A stretch of DNA of 62,147 nucleotides, the filler included, from Fonticula-like sp. SCN 57-25 (taxonomy: Eukaryota): assembly GCA_001724245.1 (NCBI GenBank). It is 6 parts of 6 records of this genome, joined end to end, with 100 filler letters (N's around TTAATTAATTAA, not from the genome) between each part and the next. Parts side by side here need not be neighbours in the genome. Positions count along the whole stretch, not along the records: positions 20,933 to 32,173 come from MEDX01000242.1; positions 32,274 to 42,189 come from MEDX01000243.1; 4 more parts are not named here. One strand, given 5' to 3'. This document shows, piece after piece, positions 25,501 through 35,512 of the stretch (positions are counted from its first letter, which is position 1; each line of letters opens with the position of its first letter). A program made the translations under genes and the position numbers. The notes under the pieces are model-generated. The model made no database searches and had not been told where the DNA came from. It was given only the letters and a program-made list of their open reading frames with translations.

Positions 25501-26675
25501 AGCAGCACAGCGACAAGAGGGGCCAGGAGGCCAGTCTTCTTGAGCGTTTTGCGCTTGTAGCGCGCCACCCACTGGATGAACACAAGCGCGCGGATGCGCA
25601 CAGCATTGTCGAACGAAGCCGACTGCGCAGTCTCAACAAAGAGCGTGATGAGGTCGTGGTAGTGGCTCTGATTCAAAAGGCCGGTCGTCGTCTCGGTGAG
25701 GTCATCAAAAACATCAAAGGCGTCCGTCGTGAGCGCGTCATCGCCGCTCGTGATCACAACGCGAAGCGTGGCAAACATCGCCGGCAGGCAGTAACGAACA
25801 AGCGACTATGAAAAACGGTCAACATACATCCGAATTACAAAGAGGCAAAAAGAGGTGCTCTATCGTTTCGTACCAAGGCCTCCTCGTCCTTCTTCTTCAT
25901 GGTGCCCGCAAGCGAGGCAACGCACTTCATCGCCTTGACGCGGGGCTGGAGCGACTCCTCGTCCTGCATCATGCGGAAGAAGAGCTCGAAAAGCTGGGTG
26001 TAGTGCGGGCGAAGGCGGTCGCCGACGCTCTCTACAACCGACGCAAGCAAAAACGCACCCTCCTATTCAATGCGCAGTGTCAGTAAACCGAGTGCATCGA
26101 AACAGTCCCACGACCGCTTGCGTACCTCTCGAATGCTCTTGGTTGGGCTGACGCAGCACTGCATGACGGTGTTCATGACCTCGGGCCACGTACCCGCAGG
26201 CAGCTCATGCTGAGCAATCGTTGCCACAGCGGCGGCCACCTGGTGCCTCACTTGATCATTGGTCTCGTTCACGACGCGATCCAGCAGCGCAGCCTTGATC
26301 ATCGCCTTGGTCGCCGGCGGCTGAAGGAGCCAGAGGCGCGTGGCGCGCTGACGCAGCAGCACGGCCGCTAGCTTGCGAACATCGGCGATCGGAGACGTGC
26401 ACACAAACTCGGCCAACGCGGGGACAATGCTCGCTTGGTCAAAATATGCGCTCTTGAGGTTGGCGGTAGCCTATGCGAGAGACACGCGTGTGAGCAACGC
26501 CGAGCCAGCGCTCACATGGCGGGAACAGCGAACCTCCTGGACGTCGTGATTGTTGGCGCCAAGAAGCTTCAGCAGCTCACCTTCAAGGCGACGAGGATCC
26601 ACAGCCTATTGTGCACACACACGCGCAAGAGGTATACTTAGCTTCTATGCCGCCGATCAAATGCGCACGCACCAT
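22577..26675 (-). CDS. IPO4: Importin-4 / Kap123 (importin-beta family)
   Basis: IBN_N motif VRKLAAVLLRQ, HEAT repeats, acidic loop DDDDDDEEDKPSDAASQTLD, IIAEGC, RRNAAYGVG and DRDNAVGAIARMI. The first coding exon appears to be ATG only. Confidence 0.88.
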
Positions 26676-26774
26676 GCTGTCGCAAGCTGTGTGCCACCCG
26701 CCAAAGATCAAATCAGTTTGCAGTTTGCACACCGCGTGGTTCGTCTCGAATTGCCTTCCACCACCTGGCGCACC
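26676..26774. promoter_or_regulatory. 99-bp bidirectional promoter between importin-4 and NUG1
   Basis: Divergent ATGs at 26675 (-) and 26775 (+). Confidence 0.6.
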
Positions 26775-29357
26775 ATGGTGGCGAAGAGTACGTCCTTTTG
26801 CGCAGCTGGTGCGCGTGTACTTATGCAACGTAGAGCACAAGAGTAAGCGCGTGTCTGCCAACCACCGCTACAAGGTGGACCGCCGTGTCAAGGAGCACCA
26901 CAGGAAGCTTCGCAAGGCGGCTAAGCAGCATCCGGTTTCCAACAAGAGTGCGTTTCGTTTGAAGTTTTGTGCAGCGAAGTTGGAGGGGGTTTCGTGTGTC
27001 TTTTGTGTTGTTTTTGTGGAGTATTTGTTGTATCGTTGTAATTTTATTTCTAATCTTTTGGTTTCAGGCAAGAAGGATCCTGGGATCCCCAACTCGTTCC
27101 CTTTCAAGGATGAGGTGCTGCAGGAAGCCGTCGCCGCCAAGGCGCGCATGGAGCAGGAGCGCGAGAGGCAGAAGGAGGCGCGCCGCCTTCACATGCAGGA
27201 GCGCCGCAACATGATCACGTCCAACATGACCATGGTTGAGTTGGCTCGTTTTGCCGAGAGCAAGCAGAAGGAATTTGACCGCAAGGTCATTGTGAACGCT
27301 ACGGAAATGTTGAACGAGAAGGGTATCAAGGTCAAGGGTGCGGAAACAGCAGCCTTTTTAAAATGTAAACTGACCTTTTCTTTGCAGACAATTCGAAGCG
27401 CGCCTACTTCCGCGAGTTCCGCAAGGTTGTTGACGCTGCCGATGTGATCCTCGAGGTCCTCGATGCCCGTGACCCCATAGGCTGCCGTGCCCCAGAAATT
27501 GAAGAGATGGTCCTGTCAGCTGGCATTGACAAGAAGATTATTCTCGTTCTCAACAAAATTGGTATGAAGCCCTCCAACTGAATTCGCTGCGTTGTGATCT
27601 GACCCCGAGTCCTTTAGATCTTGTTCCTCGTGAGACTGTCGAGCGCTGGCTCAAGTACTTCCGCAATGAATTCCCGACGATTGCCTTCAAGGCGTCCACC
27701 CAAACGCAGCGCCGCAACCTCGGACAGAGCAGCCGCCCTGCCCTTGCGAGCTCGACGGACTTGCAGCATACGAGTGAGTGCCTCGGTGCCGAGACGCTGA
27801 TCAAGTTGCTCAAGAACTACTCGCGCAGCGGCGAGCTCAAGACGACCATCCGCGTCGGTGTCATTGGCTACCCCAACGTCGGCAAGTCTTCTCTGATCAA
27901 TTCGCTCAAGCGCTCCCACGTGGTGGGCGTGGGCGCGACGCCCGGCTTCACCAAGGTGGCGCAGGAGATCAAGCTCGACGAGCACATCAAGCTTCTCGAC
28001 TGCCCTGGTATCATTTTTGCCACGGGTGACGAGGCGGACATTTTGCTCCGCAACTGCGTCAAGGTTGAGCAGGTTGAGGACCCGGTCGGCGCTGTGGGCC
28101 ACCTTTTGAGGCGTATCGGCGAGAAGCAGATGATGGCGCACTATGCGCTTCCGGCCTTTTCGTCGCCGCAGGAGATGCTGATGCACCTTGCACAGCAAAA
28201 GGGGAAATTGAAAAAGGTACTGCCAAAGATACTCTGCTTGTTGTCTCGATGCTCACCTCTTCATCTTCTTTTTTTTCAGGGTGGCATGCCTAATATTGAA
28301 ATGGCTGGTCGTCTCGTTTTGCAAGACTTTAATTCTGGTCGCATTTCGTACTACACCGAGCCGCCGAAGGACAACCGTCTCATCAAGAAATCAGTCGTTA
28401 CGCAGTTCGGAAAGGAGTTTACGTGCGTACTCTCCCCCCTTTTTTCGTGTTGCCTTTTGTATACAAAGCACGGATTAGAGCTTGCGCACATCGTGTGTGA
28501 CGGGCGTCGGAACCATGCGAGATTTCTATCAATTGTTTATTTGTCGCTTTTCGTTCATATTTTTCCTATTCGTTGATTTCTCTTTTGCTTACCCTTTCGA
28601 TTAGGCTCGCCGACCTCGAAGCGGAGGAGAATGCGACCGTGCTCAGCGCCGTTGCGCCCGCCAGCGAGATGTCTGATATGATGGAGATGGCGCCCGGATC
28701 GTCGCTCAAGATCCGTACTGGTGATGAAGAGGAGGAGGAAGAGGAGGAGGAGGATGACGAAATGTGCGTTTTGGTCTTTGTAATTATGTTTCTTTTGTTG
28801 CTATGCACAAAGCACGGATTAGAGCTTGCGCACAACGTGTGTGACGGGCGTCGGAACCATGCGAGATTTCTATTTCTATTTCTTTATTTTCTACTTTCCC
28901 GCTGCTGGCCTTCGCACTCTCTTGACTCGCGTACTTACACGCTGCGCAGTGACTCTGACGGTCCCGACATGGACGTCGATGAGGATGATGAAGACGAGGA
29001 CGAGGACGAGGACGAGATGGACGATGAGGAGGACGAGGACGAGGACGAGGACGAGCCCATGGTGCGTTTTTAAACATTGTATTGTTCCATAGCTAATGCA
29101 AACTTTAGGAGGTTCAGCCGGCCAGCAAGGCGAAGGCGAAGCGCGTGACGACCGCCATGGAGGATGCCGTCAACCCGCAGGTGAACCGCTCGCGCCGCCA
29201 GCAGCTCAAGAAGCAGAAGCGCGACGCGCGGAGAGTGGGCGGCAGCGACGACGGCAGCGACAATGCCGACGGCGATGATAACGACGACTACAGCTTCTCG
29301 ACGGACTTTGTCCCCATGGCCGACGACGACGATGAGGACGACGACGACATGGAGTAA
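26775..29357 (+). CDS. NUG1: Nucleolar circularly permuted GTPase NUG1/GNL3 (nucleostemin family)
   Basis: N-terminus KHKSKR...[13 protein letters not shown]; GTPase motifs [35 protein letters not shown] and LLDCPG; acidic C-terminus. Confidence 0.95.
28463..28529 (+). ncRNA. Intronic single-hairpin H/ACA-like (AGA-box) pseudouridylation guide RNA, copy 1
   Basis: Lies in intron 28423-28604. Lower stem GCACGG/CCATGC, pocket ATTAGA / GTCGGAA, upper stem GCTTG-CGCACA/TGTGTG-CGGGC. AGA at 28520-28522, 14 nt below the upper stem. The pocket pairs with LSU rRNA UCYGAC-U-G-UCUAAU. Confidence 0.75.
28807..28873 (+). ncRNA. Intronic single-hairpin AGA-box guide RNA, copy 2
   Basis: Lies in intron 28764-28949. 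66/67 nt identical to copy 1, and the only difference is in the apical loop (TCG vs ACG). Flanking intron sequence is unrelated. Confidence 0.75.
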
Positions 29358-29967
29358 GGGAAGGCGGTTGCTTTTTTTAGTGTGTCATGATGTGTACAGA
29401 CAGCTGAGTATCGTATATGATTTTGCTTTTGAATACAAAGATTGCGCTGGGACAGTGGTTATCATTTCCATAGAGCCGAGTATTCTTTCGAATTGCCGCA
29501 GAGTTGAAACCAGATAATAGAATGGTTGCATAGAGGAATGGGTTTGACAGTTTGGTATTATTCATGATTATGCATTAATTTTTTGCAATGCTCAGGGGGT
29601 GTGTACTACTAACGGCCATCGGCCATACGTCCATGTTGCAAAAAAGGGGTAAATAGTTACCGGTAGTACAGGAAAACAAAAAATAGTTAGAACCCGAAAC
29701 ACGGGTGGCCGTCTCATGCCTAACAAACTTGTTCCGTTAGCAGCTCTTTGGAAATCCTGTGGAAATCTCCGATTGGTCAATTGCGTCAGGGTGTATGCAA
29801 ACTGGCCGTCTCCCTGCTCGCCCCACCCGGAGCAGCACAACTGCCCCTGCGCGCCCACGGCCAAGTGCCTGCCCTTTGGCGTCAAAACACACTTTGGCTC
29901 GTTGGTTGGTATGCCCGCTTGCTGCTGAGTGAGTTTTTTTGATATCGTTGAGCGAGCGTCTTCCTGC

Positions 29968-31002
29968 AATGCCTTGGGCGCAAGGTTGCGTCTCACTTCG
30001 AGACATGCTGGAAGCTGTTCGCCGGCGATTCGACCTGGGCATGCTGGTCATGTACATACTTCACTTTTTCTTTGGGTTTGGGTTTCTTTTGGGATTCCAC
30101 TGGCTGCTGCTTGCAGTCATCATTCAGTCTGACTACCGCGACTTTTGCAAGATTGTGGAGCGGCTTGGTGATCGGGAGCTGCACCTCGAGTTTTCTGACG
30201 TCAGCCAAGACGAGTTCCCAATCGAAGAGCAGCGCCAGGTCATCCGTGATCTGAAGCACTACAGAGTCATCGCGCTGATCAACTGCTTTTCGTATCATTT
30301 GATGAATATTGTGTACTGGTCCATGCATTTGGCGCTTTCGCTGCGCCTCTATGCCTGCCCGACACAGTTTGGAATCGCGCCAACGTGTGTCGAGAACGCA
30401 TCTGGCGGGGTACGCTTGGGAATAAACTTGACGAGGGGAAAGGGAGATGCAGAGGAAGCACAGGAAGACTGTAGCCGCTTTTGTTTTCATTGCACGTGTC
30501 CTCTTTTTTTCGCATCATTTTCTCGCGTGTGCTGACATGCAACGTGGCACAGATCCGGTTCCTTTATGTCATGTACCGCATGCTCCAGGTTGCCATCATT
30601 CTGCGCTGGATACTTGACCTAGCGATTGTATGGCGCTGGGAATGTTGGCTGCGCGACACGCGCGAGCGCTTCGCGCCGCTCAACGAAGTCGCGCAGGCGC
30701 TCGCGGTCATCGAAGAAGAGGCAGATCGGCCGCTCGAGACGATGAACCACAATCACGTGGCCCTGTCGCAGTGGAAAGGGCAGTCGAATGGCTCAGAAGG
30801 CAGCGACGTAGAAGGCGACGCGGGAGAGGAAGACTATGACGAGGCGGGGGACGAGGGACGAGGATGTGATGCTATTACAGAGAACTTTTTAAACAGGCGC
30901 ACATGCGCTCTCTCTTTTTGCTCTATCGAGTCGCTTTTATGGGAAGAGGATGTGCAAGACCGACTGTTTTTGTTCATTCGCTGTATGTATTTGACTGTAT
31001 AA
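29968..31002 (+). CDS. Hypothetical membrane protein with acidic C-terminal region
   Basis: Coding-like exons with hydrophobic segments (VIALINCFSYHLMNIVYW; FLYVMYRMLQVAIILRWILDLAIVW) joined by GT-AG introns; no family recognised. Confidence 0.5.
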
Positions 31003-31224
31003 TTAAAGCTTGTATTATGCGGTGGTTTGTAATATAGTGTTCATCGGACTATTTTTCCGCGCGCCTGAAATGAGAGCACAGACTACGGCGTTCTCAGCAA
31101 ATACAAGAATTCCACATATGAGTTTGAAGAAAGACGTTTAAGCGACGTATACCACGCGTTTTTTGGTAGTTATGTATTCAATATTCAGTTCACGAGTTGG
31201 TCAACCATCGGCGAACCTCCTACA

Positions 31225-31718
31225 CTATGTACACCATGCGATTTCCCCTCCAAATAATATGTTCATGCCGTGTTTCCAGCGGCCGCCTGCTCCTTATGCG
31301 GCGCCGCAAGCGCGAGTTTCCGCACGACGGGCACTTGACAATGTTCACGGCCAAATCGAGCTGAAAGACGCTCCGCTGTCAATACACGCTGCAAAAAAAC
31401 CACAAGAAATGTACCTGCTTATGCGTCGAACGCTGAGCTTTCCTTGAGTGCGATGTCTTCTTCTTAGGAACCGCCATCTTCAACACCGACTCCCACAACG
31501 ACGGCACTGAACTCGAAAAGTGAGAGGGGCAGCGCGTGGCCAGATCGCCTGCGCGTACCGTTCGACTCGGGCTCCGCCGCTTCGTCGTGAAAACCAGCCA
31601 AGGCAAGACGCGGGGCAGCTCCACCTTGACGGAAGAGCTGAAGCCACCGAGCCAAGGGCGCGAGGCTATCCCGCGCGGCGGCCCACAGCTGCAGCCGCAT
31701 CCCGACACCGCTCACCAT
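31225..31718 (-). CDS. MRPL32: Mitochondrial ribosomal protein L32 (bL32m)
   Basis: Presequence followed by MAVPKKKTSHSRK and CPSCG across two introns; C-terminus atypical and uncertain. Confidence 0.8.
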
Positions 31719-32173
31719 GATGGCCACGTGGTTGATGATATATAAGGCGTGTGGATCCCATGCATCCAGCCATCACGACTCGGGCTGCATCCAGGCATCC
31801 ATCGGCATCGGCCATGGTACGCAGTTGTGCATCCTCTGTCTGCTTTGGTTGTTTGAGTATGCAGAGAGCGCAGATGAATGGCGCTGCTCAGTGTTGCATT
31901 GCCTCGGGATGATGTTTCCATTATATTTCTTCACTTTCTGAATGAACTGTGCGGATAACCTTACATTCATGGCTGACTATACCCAAACCATCTATCTATT
32001 TGCTGTATTCTTGTGACCACCGGTGCCTGTGCGCGATACTTACATGGTGTTTGGTGAATGGTAGGCGTAGCACGCAAGCACACAATGCTCACGCTTTGTT
32101 CGCGACACGACTAAACTCACCAAACCTATGATGGTACGTATTACTGTTCGGTTCGAGGGAAGGGATATATTAT

Positions 32174-32273
32174 NNNNNNNNNNNNNNNNNNNNNNNNNNN
32201 NNNNNNNNNNNNNNNNNTTAATTAATTAANNNNNNNNNNNNNNNNNNNNNNNNNNNNNNNNNNNNNNNNNNNN
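32174..32273. other. Artificial contig spacer
   Basis: N44-TTAATTAATTAA-N44. Confidence 0.99.
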
Positions 32274-32480
32274 TTGGCGGGCACAAAACACAATCTGACA
32301 AACGCAACTTTTGACAATGATCAACGAAACTGATTAGCCATTTTATTGATTGATCCTGGTCTCTACCCTTAAGTTTGCAAAATCGCATGCGTTTACGCAT
32401 TTCCTAATTTGGTTCGAATCGTGGACAACAGAGGCGTTCAGCGCCGTTGTTGCTTGACGGTCGGCGATCTTTGTGGCATC

Positions 32481-32910
32481 ATGGGGAGCCTAGAGGTAGC
32501 AGAGATGAAGGAGCAGGTGCGCCAGGTGCTGCTGGAGAAGCTCCACGGGACGCGTTTTGTTAATGACAAGGCGGCGGCGACGTGCCGGGAAATCGTGGAT
32601 GCCGTAAAGGCAAAGATGCTGGCCGTCGACTCGACAAACTACAAGTACATTGTGGAGACGCAGCTGTTTGAGAAGCGCGGCGGCGGTTTCCGGTGCGCTT
32701 TTTACTTGTTTTCCAGACACCTTTTGCTGACCTTTTTCTTGTGTGAATTAGCGCCCACGGCAAGTGCTACTGGGATGCCGAGCGGGATCGGCATGTCGAG
32801 GAGGTGTACCAAAATGTGCGTGCTCCCCTTCCTTGCCTGCGCGATGCTGACGCCTGCCTTTCTAGGACTCGCTGATGTGCGTAACAGTGGTCTTTGCCAT
32901 TGCCATTTAG
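32481..32910 (+). CDS. Tctex-1 family dynein light chain
   Basis: Spliced sequence NYKYIVETQLFEKRGGGFR-AHGKCYWDAERD...N-DSLMCVTVVFAI, 3 exons. Confidence 0.85.
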
Positions 32911-33107
32911 AACATATTTCTCTTCTTTTTGCCATGTTTTCCTGTCTTTAATTGTCATCATAAACTCTTGATCATCAATGCCTCTTATTACGCCGCCGGC
33001 GGTATGATACACACTCGCACCCGCACGGCCGCGGCCCCAAACACACAAACAGACACACAAAAAAACGTACAAAAGTCGGTCATTAAATTTCAACAGGGCG
33101 GAATAAC

Positions 33108-34143
33108 TTAGGCGCTGAGGATGAATGCGAGGACGTCCGACACGGAGATGATCCCCTGGAGGTGCTTGTTTTCGTCGACGACGACGAGCCTGTGTATGCT
33201 CTGCGTGCGCATGGCGTCAAAGAGCGACGATAGCGTGTCGCTCATCGTGCACGTCTGCACTCCCTCGAAAAGGTCCTCGATGCGGTGCGCGAGCGCCTGG
33301 CTGACGGGCATGTTGAGGTTGGTGTGCGCGCCGTCGCGCGCGAGGTACGACACGTCAAACTTTTCGTACACGTCGAGCAGCACGCCGCTCTCGTCGACGA
33401 TCGGCACGGCCGAAATGCGCATATTCACAAACATGTCGAGCACGCGGATGAGCGGCGTGTCCATGCGCGCCGTCGCCAAGTTGGAGAATGTGCCGATCCC
33501 GAGCTCGCGAAGCGGTCGCCGGAGGACATCGGGCCGGAGCTGAAACTGAGTGGCAATGTAGCGAAGCACCTTGATCTGCGAGATGACGCCGAGAACAGAG
33601 TCGGTCGCGCCGCCTTCGCCCTTTTCAATGATGGGAAGGCGGTGGATCCGGTGGTTGACCAGGATCGTCGCGGCGTCAAAGATGGAAGTGGAGGCACTGA
33701 CGGACAAGAGCTCCTTGCTCTTTTCGCCAGAGCGGCCATCGAGATCGCGCCACGTCTGGATCTGCTGCTCCTCGAGCTTGCCCATTTGGGGGGCCTCCTC
33801 GGGGGCGTAGTAGTAGTGGCGAAGAATGTTTACGAAATCAGTCACCGTCAACATGCCCACAACCTTTTGCGCCGTCGAATCCCACAGAGGAGCCGCGCGG
33901 ATTTCTAGAAGCATATAAAAATGTCAGCACAAAAAGGAAAAGAAAGAAGAGCGGCGCACCATTCTGGACCATGGCAAAGAACGCCTTGTTAACCATGAGT
34001 GTTGTGTCAAAGATGATCACCTTGTAGCTCTGAGGAAGCATGTCGTAACATGTCTGACCCTGAAGGAAATCTACAAACTGCTGCCGATCAGCCAGATCGA
34101 CCATGCTGCGTGGCCGCTGCGACCGCGCCGCGTCCCGCTCCAT
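33108..34143 (-). CDS. SNF4: AMP-activated protein kinase gamma subunit (4 CBS domains)
   Basis: TCYDMLPQSYKVIIFDT, IRAAPLWDS...GMLTVTDF, IHRLPII, ISAVPIVD and IHRLVVVD. Confidence 0.93.
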
Positions 34144-34373
34144 TCTCCCTCGAAATACACCTGCAGAGCGCGCGCTCTTGGTCCTGTACCAGGCACTGCT
34201 GCTTGTCAGACAGCTGACGCTCGGCACAGCTGATGACCGTCAGTGATCGATCCCTGATGGTCATCAGTAAATTGCGGCACGTGACCGGTCCATGTGGACA
34301 AGGCGAGGACGTGGCTGTGCATCACTCCCATCCGCCGCCTCCTCGCCCATCCACCGACGAGTAATCCGCAGCC

Positions 34374-35045
34374 ATGATCATCTACCGCGACATCTGCACC
34401 AGTACGCCGCTCGCACGTATGCGGAATGGATGCTAATCCGTGGTTCTTTGCTTTGCAGGCGGCAAGGACGAGCTCCTTTCGGACGTCTTCAACCTCAAGG
34501 TTGTCGATGACGTTGTCTACGAGGTCGATGCCAAGGTGCGCAGTGTATCCTTTTGGCGTGATGTGTCCCTCGGGCGTCGATGGCCCTTTAATTATGCGGG
34601 TTAATGTGGACGGCATGCTAAGACTGGTTGCGTTGTATAGATGGTCAAGGTCGCCAGCGAGAACAACTTTGACATTGGTGCCAACGCCTCTGAGGAGGGT
34701 GAGGATGCCGATGACCTCGTCTCGGACGTCCGCACTGTGAACAACATTGTTGACTCTTTCCGCCTTGTCGAGACCTCGTTCGACAAGAAGGGCTACATGG
34801 CCTACATCAAGGGCTACATGAAGGCCCTCACTGACAAGCTCAAGGAGAAGAACCCCGAGCGCGTCGCCGCCTTCCAGAAGGCCGCCCAGGGCTACGTCAA
34901 GAAGATCATTGACAACTTTAACGAGTACCAGTTCTTCACCGGCGAGTCCATGGACCCCGAGGGCATGGTCGTCCTCTGCTACTGGCGCGACGAGACGCCC
35001 GTCATGATCTACTTCAAGGACGGCTTTGATGAGATGAAGGTGTAA
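34374..35045 (+). CDS. TPT1: Translationally controlled tumour protein (TCTP/Tma19)
   Basis: MIIYRDI...DELLSD, IGANASEE, FFTGESMDPEGMV and FKDG; 3 exons. Confidence 0.96.
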
Positions 35046-35290
35046 GGACTTGCTCCCATGCGCCAAAAATTCGTAATATTTGTGTTCATCTCTCTATTCT
35101 TTTTTGCTGTTTGAGAAGAAGTGTTTGGCGTGCGTTGCTTATCCATACAATATAACTCGCTTTACCAGTCTGTTTATCAGAGCCAATGCGCGCCAATGAA
35201 AACAATGCAAGCATATCTGCGGGCCAATAAGAACACGCGCAGAACCCATGCGCCCTCTTCCCATTGGAGCGTTTTGGTGCACTAAGGGGT

Positions 35291-35375
35291 CATAATGTAA
35301 CGATGCTGTGCAGCGATACAATGTCATGATACTGTGCATGAGTACCATGATACAATGTCATGATACTGTGCATGA
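35291..35375. repeat. Direct repeat GATACAATGTCATGATACTGTGCATGA x2 plus a degenerate copy
   Basis: 27-bp copies at 35315-35341 and 35349-35375, between the convergent TCTP and PKC ends. Confidence 0.75.
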
Positions 35376-35512
35376 TATGCCCATATGTCCATGCGACCAT
35401 ACCGATCTTCCATTGATGATATCCTTATGTATTATCACTTGATATGAACGATGACACAAACAGAGAACCACATGAAGTAGAAAAAAGATGAAAAACAGCA
35501 CAAAACGCCCTT

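Noticed and set aside
28463-28873. Duplicated 67-mer considered as a CRISPR repeat, TPP riboswitch or C/D snoRNA
   Set aside because: Only two copies 344 bp apart in eukaryotic introns, no cas genes, no CUGAGA/TPP core, and no RUGAUGA/CUGA boxes. An ATACAA H-box-like hexamer occurs only in copy 1, with no upstream hairpin.
31755-31820. Repeated GCATCC/GCATCG motifs upstream of MRPL32
   Set aside because: Short and irregular, with no consistent period or structure.
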